Source of the DNA: an uncultured Peptococcaceae bacterium
GTDB lineage: Bacteria > Bacillota > Dehalobacteriia > UBA4068 > UBA4997
Assembly (NCBI GenBank): GCA_937897635.1
Contig: CALCQI010000025.1
Location: 53,749 to 117,748 of the forward strand
Length of the DNA: 64,000 bases
Reading direction: 5' to 3'
In this document: one piece after another, positions 51,327 through 61,285 of the stretch
How the letters are laid out: the number at the start of each line of letters is the position of its first letter
How positions within the stretch are numbered: position 1 is the stretch's first letter
Position numbers and translations under genes: made by a program
The notes under the pieces: model-generated
Database searches by the model: none
What the model saw: the letters and a program-made list of their open reading frames with translations, nothing else
What the model was told of the DNA's origin: nothing

Positions 51327-52490
51327 TTATTTTTTTATGCCTGCTTTGCCCGCACTGTTCAAGGCCAGCAGGTTAGTATCGTAGGAAAAAGTAAGGTTCT
51401 CCTTGGCTCTTTGTCTGTTCAAAGCAAGGCGGATCAAGTCTGTCAAAAGCACATCATATTCCTTACCGCTGGCCTGCCACAAATAAAAAGCCAAAGACCC
51501 CGGTATCGTATTTATCTCGTTCACATATACACTGTTATCCGCTTTATCCAGTAGAAAATCTATTCTGCTTACACCATGGCCATCCAAGGCTATAAAGGTT
51601 TCCACCGCCAGCTTTTGAATAAGCTTGGTTGTTTCTTCGGGTATTTCCGCCGGTATTTGCCTGCGGCTGCCGCTCATGCCCTTACCACCCTGCATATATT
51701 TATCCTGATATGTCAAAAACTCATTGGCCGTAATCGGTTCTTCACATACAGAAGCCTCGGCCTTGCCGTTACCGCCCAATACGGAGCAATTTATCTCCCT
51801 TAATTCCGTAACACATTTTTCCACCAACAAACGCTGTGAAAAAGTGGCGGCATTATCCAAAGCTTCCTCTAGCTGGGTTCGGTTTGCGGCTTTGTTTATA
51901 CCAACACTGGAACCCAAATTAGCGGGCTTCACTATTACAGGATAGCTCAGATTGGCCTCTATATCCGCCAGAACTTCCTCCCTGGCCTCCTGCCATTTAT
52001 AAGAGGTAAACCAAGTATGCGGCACAATGGGTATACCCACATCCTTCAATACCGATTTCATCATTATTTTATCCATACCCACCGCCGCAGCCAAAACCCC
52101 GGGACCGGCATAAGGTACATTCAGTAATTCCAAAAGCCCCTGCAAACAGCCGTCTTCACCATGAGCACCATGCATTACGGGTAAAGCAACATCAAACTGG
52201 AATTGTTTGACACGAAACAAAGAAGCTATAGATAAGGCACCATGTTCACCGGCACTGGCGGAAACACGCACCAAAGTGGTTTCTGCTTTGAGTTTGTTCA
52301 AATCCTTATAGTTTTCGATATCCAGCAGTTTTTCACCCGTATACCAAAGGCCTTCCTTGGAAATATAAAAAGGCACTACTTCATACTTATTGCTATTCAG
52401 CGCGGCCATAGCCTGAACCGCTGAAATAACGGCTACCTCATGCTCTACCGAGCGGCCGCCGAAAATTACACCTACCCTTATTTTCTGCAC
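51327..52490 (-). CDS. ddl: D-alanine--D-alanine ligase (long form, 387 aa).
   Basis: 'VGVIFGGRSVEHEVA', 'MHGAHGEDG', 'PVIVKPANLGSSVGI' and 'VNEINTIPG' motifs, plus a roughly 40 aa C-terminal extension. Confidence 0.9.
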   Translation of the reverse strand: MQKIRVGVIFGGRSVEHEVAVISAVQAMAALNSNKYEVVPFYISKEGLWYTGEKLLDIENYKDLNKLKAETTLVRVSASAGEHGALSIASLFRVKQFQFDVALPVMHGAHGEDGCLQGLLELLNVPYAGPGVLAAAVGMDKIMMKSVLKDVGIPIVPHTWFTSYKWQEAREEVLADIEANLSYPVIVKPANLGSSVGINKAANRTQLEEALDNAATFSQRLLVEKCVTELREINCSVLGGNGKAEASVCEEPITANEFLTYQDKYMQGGKGMSGSRRQIPAEIPEETTKLIQKLAVETFIALDGHGVSRIDFLLDKADNSVYVNEINTIPGSLAFYLWQASGKEYDVLLTDLIRLALNRQRAKENLTFSYDTNLLALNSAGKAGIKK

Positions 52491-52519
52491 GCTTATCCCT
52501 CCATAATTATTTATACTTA

Positions 52520-54127
52520 TTATTTTTCATTGAATGTATCAGGCAAATCATTTTCAAAAAGCACATAATCACCGCTTTTTACAATAGAACGCATAAAACG
52601 GTTGGCATCCTGCAAGTCTTCCGCCACATAATAACGCGCGGGCGGCATGGCCGCTTCTGCTAAACCATCCTGCAAAGGCTTGCTGTGATTTTTGCCCACC
52701 AGGATAACATAATCACAGGCTTTGGCACAAGCCATGGCAAACTTTTTATTTTCCTCATATTCGGCCTTACCTAATTCCACCATACCTGGGGTGATGATGA
52801 TCTTTTGCCCACCCTGCATAGCATTAAGCACGTCTAAAGCTGTTTGCGCACCAGCAGGGTTGGAATTGAAAGCATCGTCTATAATTGTAACACCGCCTGC
52901 GGAAGGCTTCAACACCAATCTATGCGGAATAGGCGGCACAGTTGCCACTGCCCTGGCAATAACGGGTAGGCTCATGCCCAATTCCCTTGCCACTGCCACC
53001 GCCGCCAATATATTGTAAATATTGTGTTTGCCTAAAAGCGCTGTTTTCATGTTTTGCCTTTCACCCTTGGCACTCACTACTGTAAAATGCATACCATGAG
53101 CATCAAAGCTTATATTTTCCGCCCAATAATCCGTATCCCTAATGTTTAAACCGTAGCTTAAAACGGGCGCGGGCGAAGTATGAGCAAACCCCCGAATAAC
53201 GGGATCATCAAAATTCAAAACCGCCCTGCCGTCTGAGGGAAGGGCACGAATCAGCTCAAATTTGGTTTCGGCTATATTTTCCAAGCTGCCAAAGCTTTCC
53301 AAATGGCAGGGGCCTATAGCCGTAAGGATACCAAATTTAGGCTGTACCAAGCGGCAAAGCTCGTCTATATCCCCTTTTTGCCTGGCACCCATTTCCGCCA
53401 CAAAAACATCATGGATCGGCTTTAGGGAATTGCGTACGGTAATGGTTATGCCCATGGGCGTATTGTAGCTATCAGGTGTTACCAAGGTATTCAGTTCCGC
53501 TGAAAGCACTTTGCCCAAAATGAATTTGGTACTGGTTTTGCCGTAACTGCCTGTAATACCTATGCTTGTTAAAAAAGGCATTTCCTGAATGATTTTTTTA
53601 GCATCATTTATATACCTGTTATTGATGGCTTTTTCCACAGGTGCAGCCAAGACCGTACCCGCCATCATAAACACAGGCGAAATAAAAGCCAATACCAGCA
53701 AAATATCGATGACCAAAACAGGAGCTGCCAAATTGCCCCAAATTATCAAGGCATCCGCAAGCAAAGCGGCAAGCAGCACAAAAAACAGGGAAAATGCATA
53801 GAGCCTTTTAGCGCGCGCAGTAAATACAAGCGACTTCTTTTCCGTGGGACGATGCCAAGTTATTAGCATAAGTGCATAAAAAGCCGCAAGCAAAATAGGC
53901 AAAGCCATGCTTTCTTTGCCTTTTACCACCAGGATAACAGCAAATACCTCTAAAATTACGGGCAATACATCCCTCCAAAGCAAGTACTGGCTCAAACGTG
54001 GCTTTAACCAGCGCCAAAAGCGGTCATTGCGGTAGGAATTTTGCTGCATCATATGCAAATGCTGAACCATACGCCTGCTTAAATAAATAAACCATAACAG
54101 GAAGGTTATTTGCCATGCAATCAACAT
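52520..54127 (-). CDS. MurF-like Mur ligase (central and C-terminal domains) fused to an N-terminal domain of five TM helices in place of the canonical MurF N-domain.
   Basis: Residues 1-165 form 5 hydrophobic helices. The rest is MurF-like: P-loop 'GITGSYGKTSTK' at about residue 190, 'HNIYNILAA', and 'DDAFNSNPAGAQTALDVL' (the MurF DDSYNANP motif). AAGGAG lies upstream of the 54127 ATG, so the extension is part of the ORF. Confidence 0.7.
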   Translation of the reverse strand: MLIAWQITFLLWFIYLSRRMVQHLHMMQQNSYRNDRFWRWLKPRLSQYLLWRDVLPVILEVFAVILVVKGKESMALPILLAAFYALMLITWHRPTEKKSLVFTARAKRLYAFSLFFVLLAALLADALIIWGNLAAPVLVIDILLVLAFISPVFMMAGTVLAAPVEKAINNRYINDAKKIIQEMPFLTSIGITGSYGKTSTKFILGKVLSAELNTLVTPDSYNTPMGITITVRNSLKPIHDVFVAEMGARQKGDIDELCRLVQPKFGILTAIGPCHLESFGSLENIAETKFELIRALPSDGRAVLNFDDPVIRGFAHTSPAPVLSYGLNIRDTDYWAENISFDAHGMHFTVVSAKGERQNMKTALLGKHNIYNILAAVAVARELGMSLPVIARAVATVPPIPHRLVLKPSAGGVTIIDDAFNSNPAGAQTALDVLNAMQGGQKIIITPGMVELGKAEYEENKKFAMACAKACDYVILVGKNHSKPLQDGLAEAAMPPARYYVAEDLQDANRFMRSIVKSGDYVLFENDLPDTFNEK

Positions 54128-54258
54128 TATTGTATTTTCTCCTTATTAACTATTAATTTAATCATAAATATTGTAATATTTACCTAATATATTGTATTAA
54201 AGTTTTCCAACACTACAAAAGTATTGAAATTGCTTTATTGTTTTAGCAATATTTCAGC

Positions 54259-55029
54259 TCAAGGCCTATAGCTTTGCTGTTTGGCCAAAAAACTGTTTAA
54301 AACCGCCAAAAACTGCGGCAGCCTTTCCAAATAGGCAAAATGCCCTGCGCCCTCTATAGCCACCAAACCTGCGTCGGCAATTTCAGCTTCCATGATTTTG
54401 GCATCACTAAACGGGGTTGCGGTATCCTCCTTACCCCAAAACAAAAGTGTGGGGGCTTTTATTTGCTTCAGCAATCCACGCAAGTTTTCATTAACTACAT
54501 TAACAAAAATTTGCCGCATCATGCCACTTGCGTTTTGATAGTCGGAAGAACCAGCTTTACTGCGCCATTTATGCAAGATTTCTTCTTTTTTCTTTTTACC
54601 TAATATAGACAAGCCAAATTTAGCAGCTTTGTAGCTGTAAACCTTGGCATAATAATCAATGCCTCTGTGGGGTTTTAAACCGGCGCAGCCTGTTAAAACC
54701 ATTTTTAAAGGAATACCTTTGCTGCCCAAATGCAAAGCAAGGCGCCCGCCAAAGGAATGAGCTATTATAACGGGCGGCTTTTCACAATGCTCTTTTATAA
54801 AGGCTTCAAGCATAGCAGCATAATGAGCCGTATCCCAAAGCTCTTGTGGCGACTCACTTTCACCGAAACCCGGCAAATCAAAATTAAAAACCCGCATAGA
54901 CTGCGCCAAATGGCATGCCACAGCGGCAAAGCTGGCTCTGGAGCCGCCCCAACCATGCAATAAGAGCACAGGGTAACCATTCCCCATTTCATCATATTTA
55001 ATTGTAATACCTTCATACAGGAAATTCAT
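54259..55029 (-). CDS. Alpha/beta-fold hydrolase.
   Basis: 'LLLHGWGGS' and the 'AHSFGG' nucleophile elbow. Confidence 0.75.
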   Translation of the reverse strand: MNFLYEGITIKYDEMGNGYPVLLLHGWGGSRASFAAVACHLAQSMRVFNFDLPGFGESESPQELWDTAHYAAMLEAFIKEHCEKPPVIIAHSFGGRLALHLGSKGIPLKMVLTGCAGLKPHRGIDYYAKVYSYKAAKFGLSILGKKKKEEILHKWRSKAGSSDYQNASGMMRQIFVNVVNENLRGLLKQIKAPTLLFWGKEDTATPFSDAKIMEAEIADAGLVAIEGAGHFAYLERLPQFLAVLNSFLAKQQSYRP

Positions 55030-55157
55030 TATTACCCCCAAAACTTAAAATAAAGTTATTTAGTTTATATTATATCACAAATAAAATTTTCCTTTTAATA
55101 TTTTTGTTTTAATCTTTTTTTTATTTTATTTAGCTTTTTAATTATAATATCTAGGCC

Positions 55158-55184
55158 AAAAAAATATGCCCAAATGGGCATATA
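55158..55184 (-). terminator. Rho-independent terminator downstream of comM.
   Basis: atatgccc-aaat-gggcatat stem, followed by a T-run on the minus strand. Confidence 0.6.
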
Positions 55185-55191
55185 TGATATT

Positions 55192-56733
55192 TTAAGCGCG
55201 CACCAGCCGATCCAGGCTGCGGTACTGAACAGCCTCCGCTATATGGCTTGCACCTATCATATTCTCACCTGCCAGATCCGCAATGGTACGGGCAACTTTT
55301 AATAATCTATCATGCGCTCTGGCACTGAGATTAAGGCGTTTAAAAGCCTCGGCAAGTAAAATTTCAGCATCGAACTGCATTTTACACCATTCCTGCACGT
55401 GCTTTCTTTCCATATCCGCATTGCAGATAAGGGCAGTACCTTGAAAACGTACCTGCTGAATATTACGGGCAGACATTACCCTAGCCTTGATTTGAGCAGA
55501 GCTTTCACCTTTTGCTGTTTTGCTTATATCTTCATAGCGTACACGCTGTACATCAACGTGCAGGTCAATACGATCCAGCAAAGGCCCGGAAATCCTGTTC
55601 ATATAACGCTGTATTTGAAAAGGCGTGCATTTACAGGGTTTTAAGGGATCACCAAAATAGCCGCACGGACAGGGGTTCATAGCCGCAATCAACTGAAATG
55701 CTGCCGAAAATTGGCTGCGCCCCTGAACTCTGGCAACTGTAACCGTTTTATCCTCCAAGGGCTGACGCAAGGCTTCCAAAACATCGCGCTGGAATTCAGG
55801 CAGTTCATCCATGAACAAAACCCCGTGATGGGCAAGGCTTACTTCACCGGGTATGGGAATACGGCCGCCGCCGATGATGCTTGCGCCCGAAGCCGTATGG
55901 CGCGGCGCCCGAAAAGGCCTTTCCGTAATCAAAGGCCTTCCTAATGGCAACTCCCCCGCTATACTGTAAATCCTGGTTACCGCCAGGCTCTCATTAAGCG
56001 TAAGCTCAGGCATGATGGAGGGCAATCTGCGAGCCAGCATGGTTTTGCCGGAACCGGGCGAACCGATCATAATCATATTATGCCCACCTGCGGCAGCGAT
56101 TTCCATAGCTCTTTTAGCACCCTCTTGCCCTTTCACATCCGCCATATCGTTAACAGGCGGGGCTTGCGCTTTTGCAAGTATCTGTTGACCGTCTGCCTCA
56201 GCAGGGCTGATTTGTACATTGCCTTTCAACCAATCCGCCAAAATCAGCAAATCCGTTATACCATATACGGTAAGCTTACCTGTTAACGCCCCCTCCATAC
56301 TGTTGGCTTCGGGCAAAATAAAAGTGCTTATAGCTTCATTATGTTCAGCCGCCATTGCCATAGCCAAAACTCCGTTTACAGGCCTTACCGTACCATCCAA
56401 AGAAAGCTCGCCTACTATCAGCGCATCCAAAAACCGATTGGGTATTTCAATTTGCCCCGTAGCCGCTAAAATAGCCATTGCAATAGGTAAATCAAAATTA
56501 GAACCTTCCTTTTTTATATCGGCAGGCGCTAAGTTAACGGTAATGCGCCGCAAAGGAAACTCGAAACCTGAATTTTTAATGGCTGTGCGCACACGCTCCT
56601 TGCTTTCCCGAACCGAAGCATCGGGAAGCCCAACAATATCAAAGCAAGGCAAACCTGGGCTCACATCCACTTCCACCTTCACCATATGTGCATCCATACC
56701 AAAAACAGCACAACTATTAACTTTAGCCAGCAT
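55192..56733 (-). CDS. comM: YifB/ComM-family Mg-chelatase-like AAA+ ATPase.
   Basis: 'MLAKVNSCAVFGMDAHMVKVEVD' N-terminus, Walker A 'GSPGSGKT', and a C-terminal chelatase domain. Confidence 0.9.
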   Translation of the reverse strand: MLAKVNSCAVFGMDAHMVKVEVDVSPGLPCFDIVGLPDASVRESKERVRTAIKNSGFEFPLRRITVNLAPADIKKEGSNFDLPIAMAILAATGQIEIPNRFLDALIVGELSLDGTVRPVNGVLAMAMAAEHNEAISTFILPEANSMEGALTGKLTVYGITDLLILADWLKGNVQISPAEADGQQILAKAQAPPVNDMADVKGQEGAKRAMEIAAAGGHNMIMIGSPGSGKTMLARRLPSIMPELTLNESLAVTRIYSIAGELPLGRPLITERPFRAPRHTASGASIIGGGRIPIPGEVSLAHHGVLFMDELPEFQRDVLEALRQPLEDKTVTVARVQGRSQFSAAFQLIAAMNPCPCGYFGDPLKPCKCTPFQIQRYMNRISGPLLDRIDLHVDVQRVRYEDISKTAKGESSAQIKARVMSARNIQQVRFQGTALICNADMERKHVQEWCKMQFDAEILLAEAFKRLNLSARAHDRLLKVARTIADLAGENMIGASHIAEAVQYRSLDRLVRA

Positions 56734-57624
56734 AGCATCCTCTCCACGAAACAAAATAAATACAGCATAAGATTAAGTAAAATGCTATATAATATAGTAA
56801 CTTTTCTGCAAAAGCAGAATATTACCTGCCCCAAACTCCAAATAAATTTTCCGACACTTTAACAAAACCGCAAAACAAGCATTTTTATACAAAAATACTA
56901 CATAATATTACATATTTTCCATTTATTTTTAAAAAATAAAATTAAAAAAAGGCAAAAAATTTTTTACTTCAGATTCAGACAATTTCCCAAAAAACAGGTT
57001 GATTTACATCAATTTTCCGACAAATCAATCATTTTATCAACATTAGACAATATCTTAACATGACGTTCCGTTGAGTGGAAAGAGTTTTTTGAAAATTCTC
57101 ACATGGCAATTTAAGTGGCATTTTGCTTTCTTAATATGAAAGTTTTAAATATAAGCATCTTTATGCCCTGCTATGGTATACTGTATACAGGAATAATGAA
57201 CTCATAAAAAGGCTTGCTATTTTGGCAATAATGTATTAGAATTGTTAAAGAGATTTAACGGGTTTTCCCTGTCCCTTATCCATTTTTTCCCTCATATAAA
57301 AAATGAATAATATTTACTTAATATTGCCTACGGAAAGCTGTGTATTCTTTTTCTTGCAGATATGCTTTAAATAGCAAAAAATGGCGATAAAACACAGCTC
57401 TAACATAAAATTATATGCTGTTTCATATTCCTTCCTATTAGAAATTTCCTATTAGAAACAGGTATAAGCATCTTTGGTAGTTAATTATAACAAAGGGGTT
57501 TATTATTTGTTTGCCCCTAGGCTTTTGGAAATTTCAGAAAAAACAAATAACCTTCTCTTGTCTTTGTTTTGCTTTGGTTAGAGGATCAAGGCAAAATAAA
57601 ATATATTTTAGGAGGCGCGAAGAA

Positions 57625-59463
57625 ATGAATGGTGGTTTTATGGGAAAATTTCTGTGGGTTAATTTGACCACAGGCGCAATCGAGGTGGAAAAGCCTGATA
57701 TAAGCCTTTATAAGGATTATTTGGGTGGCTACGGTATTGGAGATAAGATACTTTACGAAAAATTAAAGCCTGGTATCGATCCTTTGGGTCCTGAAAATAT
57801 TTTAGCTTATTTACCGGGGTTGCTTACCGGTACAGGTGCACTGGTTGCTTCCCGTTTTATGGTTGTAAGCAAATCGCCTTTAACAGGTGGTATCGGTGAT
57901 GCCAACTGCGGTGGACACATTGGCGCGGAAATGAAAAAAGCAGGCTTTGACGGTATTTATTTTACCGGCCAATCCGAAAAACCGGTTTACCTTTATATTA
58001 CAGATGACCATGCAGAACTGCGTGACGCTACATCTTACTGGGGTATGACAACTTACGAAACCGAGGAAGCCTTAAGAGAGGTAACCGACCCCAAAGCAAG
58101 GGTTTCCGCTATTGGACCGGCAGGTGAAAGAATGAGCCTGCTTGCTGCTATTGTAACTGAAAAAGGCAATGTTGCCGCTCGTTCCGGCCTTGGTGCCGTT
58201 ATGGGCTCAAAAAAGCTTAAAGCTGTAGTAGTTAAAGGTTCACAAAAAGTTAAAATTGCTGATGAAGAAGCTTTCAAAGCTGCCCGCGCAAAATATACCC
58301 CGGAATTCAAAGAAGGCATGGGGAAATTATTGCGAGATTTCGGTACTGCGGCTTTCTATGAAGGCTCTGTAGAATCTGCTGATGCTCCTATAAAAAACTG
58401 GGGCGGTGTTCCCAGCGATTATCCCAATGCTGCCAAATGCGGCGCCGAAGCTCTTAAAGAAATAACTGTTAAGAAAACTCCCTGTACAGGTTGCCCCGCT
58501 GGTTGCGCACGCCTGATACAACCCAAATATACCGATGAACAAATAAAAACTATTCAATATGAATCTCAGGGCGCTTTTGGTTCAATGTGCCTGGTAGATG
58601 ATTTGGAATCCATGGTAAAAGCCAACGATTACTGTAACCGTTACGGCACCGATACAATCTCTGTAGGTGCAGCCTGTGCTTTTGCCATAGAATGTTTTGA
58701 AAATGGTTTGTTGACACTGGAACAAACCGACGGCTTGGAATTAAAATGGGGCAACGGCCCTGCTATGGCTGAGCTTGCACGCCGTATCTGCATGAGAGAA
58801 ACCTGGCTGGGTGAGCTTTTGGCAGACGGCACCTTAAAGGCTACAGAACAGATTCCCGGCTCTTTCGAATATGCCATGCAAATTGGCGGCCAGGAACTGC
58901 CCATGCACGACCAACGCTTAACTTATGGCCTTTATACTATGTATTTGGCAGAACCCACGCCGGGCAAACATACTCAAGGTACTGAGGACTATGCTCCTCC
59001 GCAAATCCCCATGCCTGAATATGATCCCGCAGGCCAGGCTGATCGTGGTGCGTCTCACAAAATGATAGAAGACTTTGCCCACGTTGTTGATGCTTTAGGT
59101 TTTTGCCTTTTTACTAATATATTCATACTTCCTTACACAAGTGCGGAAGATTTCCTAAACGCTGTTACCGGCGAAAAATATACCTTTGAAGATTTACTTA
59201 AAATAGGCGACCGTATTTCCATGCTGCGTCATGCTTTTAATACCCGTGAAGGCATTAAATTCACTGACCGCAAGGTTCCTAAACGTTTACTGAAGGCTCC
59301 CGAAAAAGAAGGTCCCCTGCAAGGCGTTGTGTTAGACCATGATCAGCTGATTGGGGATTATTTGAAGGATTCCGGTTTGGATCCTGTTACCCTTAAACCC
59401 AAAAAAGAACGTCTTTTGGCTTTGGGTCTTGATAATGTGGCATCAGAACTTTACCCGGAATAA
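57625..59463 (+). CDS. aor: Tungsten-type aldehyde:ferredoxin oxidoreductase (AOR family).
   Basis: 'GKFLWVNLTTGAIEVEKPD' AOR N-terminus and a 'CTGCPAGC' [4Fe-4S] motif. AGGAGG is 9 nt upstream of the ATG at 57625. The track start at 57511 is an in-frame artefact. Confidence 0.85.
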   Translation: MNGGFMGKFLWVNLTTGAIEVEKPDISLYKDYLGGYGIGDKILYEKLKPGIDPLGPENILAYLPGLLTGTGALVASRFMVVSKSPLTGGIGDANCGGHIGAEMKKAGFDGIYFTGQSEKPVYLYITDDHAELRDATSYWGMTTYETEEALREVTDPKARVSAIGPAGERMSLLAAIVTEKGNVAARSGLGAVMGSKKLKAVVVKGSQKVKIADEEAFKAARAKYTPEFKEGMGKLLRDFGTAAFYEGSVESADAPIKNWGGVPSDYPNAAKCGAEALKEITVKKTPCTGCPAGCARLIQPKYTDEQIKTIQYESQGAFGSMCLVDDLESMVKANDYCNRYGTDTISVGAACAFAIECFENGLLTLEQTDGLELKWGNGPAMAELARRICMRETWLGELLADGTLKATEQIPGSFEYAMQIGGQELPMHDQRLTYGLYTMYLAEPTPGKHTQGTEDYAPPQIPMPEYDPAGQADRGASHKMIEDFAHVVDALGFCLFTNIFILPYTSAEDFLNAVTGEKYTFEDLLKIGDRISMLRHAFNTREGIKFTDRKVPKRLLKAPEKEGPLQGVVLDHDQLIGDYLKDSGLDPVTLKPKKERLLALGLDNVASELYPE

Positions 59464-59573
59464 GCATTAATTTTGCTACAATAATTTCCCTTAAAAAATA
59501 TTGTTTTATTTGCTATTCAATATTCTACAGGGAAAATTTATTGCATATACAATTATATTTGGAGGCGATATTT

Positions 59574-60995
59574 ATGTCCAAAATCGATTGGAAACAAGTA
59601 GAACAATGGAACAATGAGTATGTCATTAAGTGCTTCTTAAAACAGAGCGAGTATGGTACCATGTTCATTGAAAGCACCGAAGGTGATTACCTTATCGATG
59701 CTGATGGTAAGCGTTGGTTAGACTTCTACAACCAACTTTACTGCGTAAACGCAGGCCAGAAAGTTCCTGAAGTACAGCAGGCTATTAAAGATGCTACTGA
59801 CCGTTATGGTTTTGTATGGGATATTTACACAACCGACTACAAAGCCGAAGCAGCTAAAATGATCGTCAAAGACATCCTTGGTGATAAGGGCTGGGCTTCC
59901 CAGGTTCGTTTCACTTTAGGTGGCGGCGATTCCGTAGAAGTAGCTTCCCTGATCGCACGTTTGTACACAAACAAAAACCTGATTGCTACTCGTGAACACG
60001 CTTATCACGGTGTTTCCTCAGGTGCTGTTTCCTTTACCACTATCCCCGCAAGCCGCAATAACGCAGTTACCGAAGAATATGGAAAAAGCTTAGAAGTTCC
60101 TGGTGCAGACTTCCAAGGCTCTTTCATGTGCCCTGCTCCTTTCTGCTATCGTTGCTCTTTGGGCCATACATATCCTGAATGTAAATGTGTACATGCAGAT
60201 GGTACTTTGCCCTGCGTAAAACAAACTGAAGCCGTTATTCGCAGCCACAACGTTAACCGCGTTGCTGCTATCATCACCGAGCCTGCTTTTGGTGCTGGTA
60301 CTATTATGCCTCCTAAAGAATACTTACCACAAATCCAGGATATGAAAAACCGCTTAGGTATACTTTGGATTATGGACGAAGTATTGATGGGTTGGGGTCG
60401 TTTAGGCGAATGGTTTGGCCACCAGTTATATGGCGATATCAAACCCGATATCATGACTACTGCAAAAGGTATTTCCAGCTCCAGCTTACCTTTGGGTGCT
60501 GTAATAGTAAATGAAAAAGTTGCTAAATTCTTGGCAGAAATCCGTTGGAACCACGTTTCCACCTTCTCTGGCCACCCAATCCCTGTAGCAGCTGCTGTTG
60601 CTAACATGAAATATCTGATCAAAAATGATGCTCCCGGTCATTGCAAAAAAGCCGGTGAATATTTCGGTCAGGAATTATTGGCATTAGAAGAAAAACACAG
60701 TTCTATCGGTTTAGTAGCAGGTGCCGGTATGTTCTGGCAGGTTGAATTGGTTAAAAACCGTGAAACTAAGGAACCCTTCATTGCTGATGACCGTTATCTC
60801 ACTTTTGCGGGCGACCAATCTAAATATCCTGTTCATATCATTGCTGATAAATGCGCTGAAAAAGGCGTTCTGCTTGGTGGTTTCGTACCTAATACTTTGC
60901 GTATTGGTGCTTCCTGCATGGTAGAAAAAGCTGATATGGATAAAGCTATTAACGCTATGGATTATGCGTTGACCTATTTGGAAACTCAATTCTAG
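59574..60995 (+). CDS. Class-III (omega) PLP-dependent aminotransferase.
   Basis: 'DEVLMGWGRLG' and the Schiff-base lysine 'IMTTAKG'. GGAGG RBS upstream of 59574. Confidence 0.85.
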   Translation: MSKIDWKQVEQWNNEYVIKCFLKQSEYGTMFIESTEGDYLIDADGKRWLDFYNQLYCVNAGQKVPEVQQAIKDATDRYGFVWDIYTTDYKAEAAKMIVKDILGDKGWASQVRFTLGGGDSVEVASLIARLYTNKNLIATREHAYHGVSSGAVSFTTIPASRNNAVTEEYGKSLEVPGADFQGSFMCPAPFCYRCSLGHTYPECKCVHADGTLPCVKQTEAVIRSHNVNRVAAIITEPAFGAGTIMPPKEYLPQIQDMKNRLGILWIMDEVLMGWGRLGEWFGHQLYGDIKPDIMTTAKGISSSSLPLGAVIVNEKVAKFLAEIRWNHVSTFSGHPIPVAAAVANMKYLIKNDAPGHCKKAGEYFGQELLALEEKHSSIGLVAGAGMFWQVELVKNRETKEPFIADDRYLTFAGDQSKYPVHIIADKCAEKGVLLGGFVPNTLRIGASCMVEKADMDKAINAMDYALTYLETQF

Positions 60996-61015
60996 TATTG
61001 AACTAAAAAAGGGGT

Positions 61016-61037
61016 GAGCCACCCTTAAGGGTGGCTC
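61016..61037 (+). terminator. Hairpin downstream of the aminotransferase gene; a weak terminator with no clean T-run.
   Basis: gagccaccc-ttaa-gggtggctc stem. Confidence 0.4.
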
Positions 61038-61285
61038 GGCTTCCTTTATATATCTGCTAGGCCGCATCCTATACAGATATATAAATATAGTTTTACAATG
61101 CTTAATAAGAAATCACAATCTTGCTAAAATTAGAAATAATAATACAATATTGTTCTTTCTCATTAGGCACTGTTATATAAATTACTATAGTTAAAAAGCC
61201 GCGTTTGTTTTTATCTACTGCTATTTTATTATTATCCATTTATTCAAAGTTGTTGTGAAAGTTGTTATTAAAATGGAGGTGCTTT

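Noticed and set aside
57100-57200. Sigma-54 (-24/-12) promoter candidates upstream of AOR (TGGCAA…, TGGCAT…TTGCT)
   Set aside because: The GG-to-GC spacing is wrong (6 nt instead of 10) and the -12 element is absent.
57511-57624. N-terminal 38-codon extension of the AOR ORF (track start 57511)
   Set aside because: In-frame run-on with no RBS; a strong AGGAGG precedes the ATG at 57625, and the conserved AOR N-terminus begins there.
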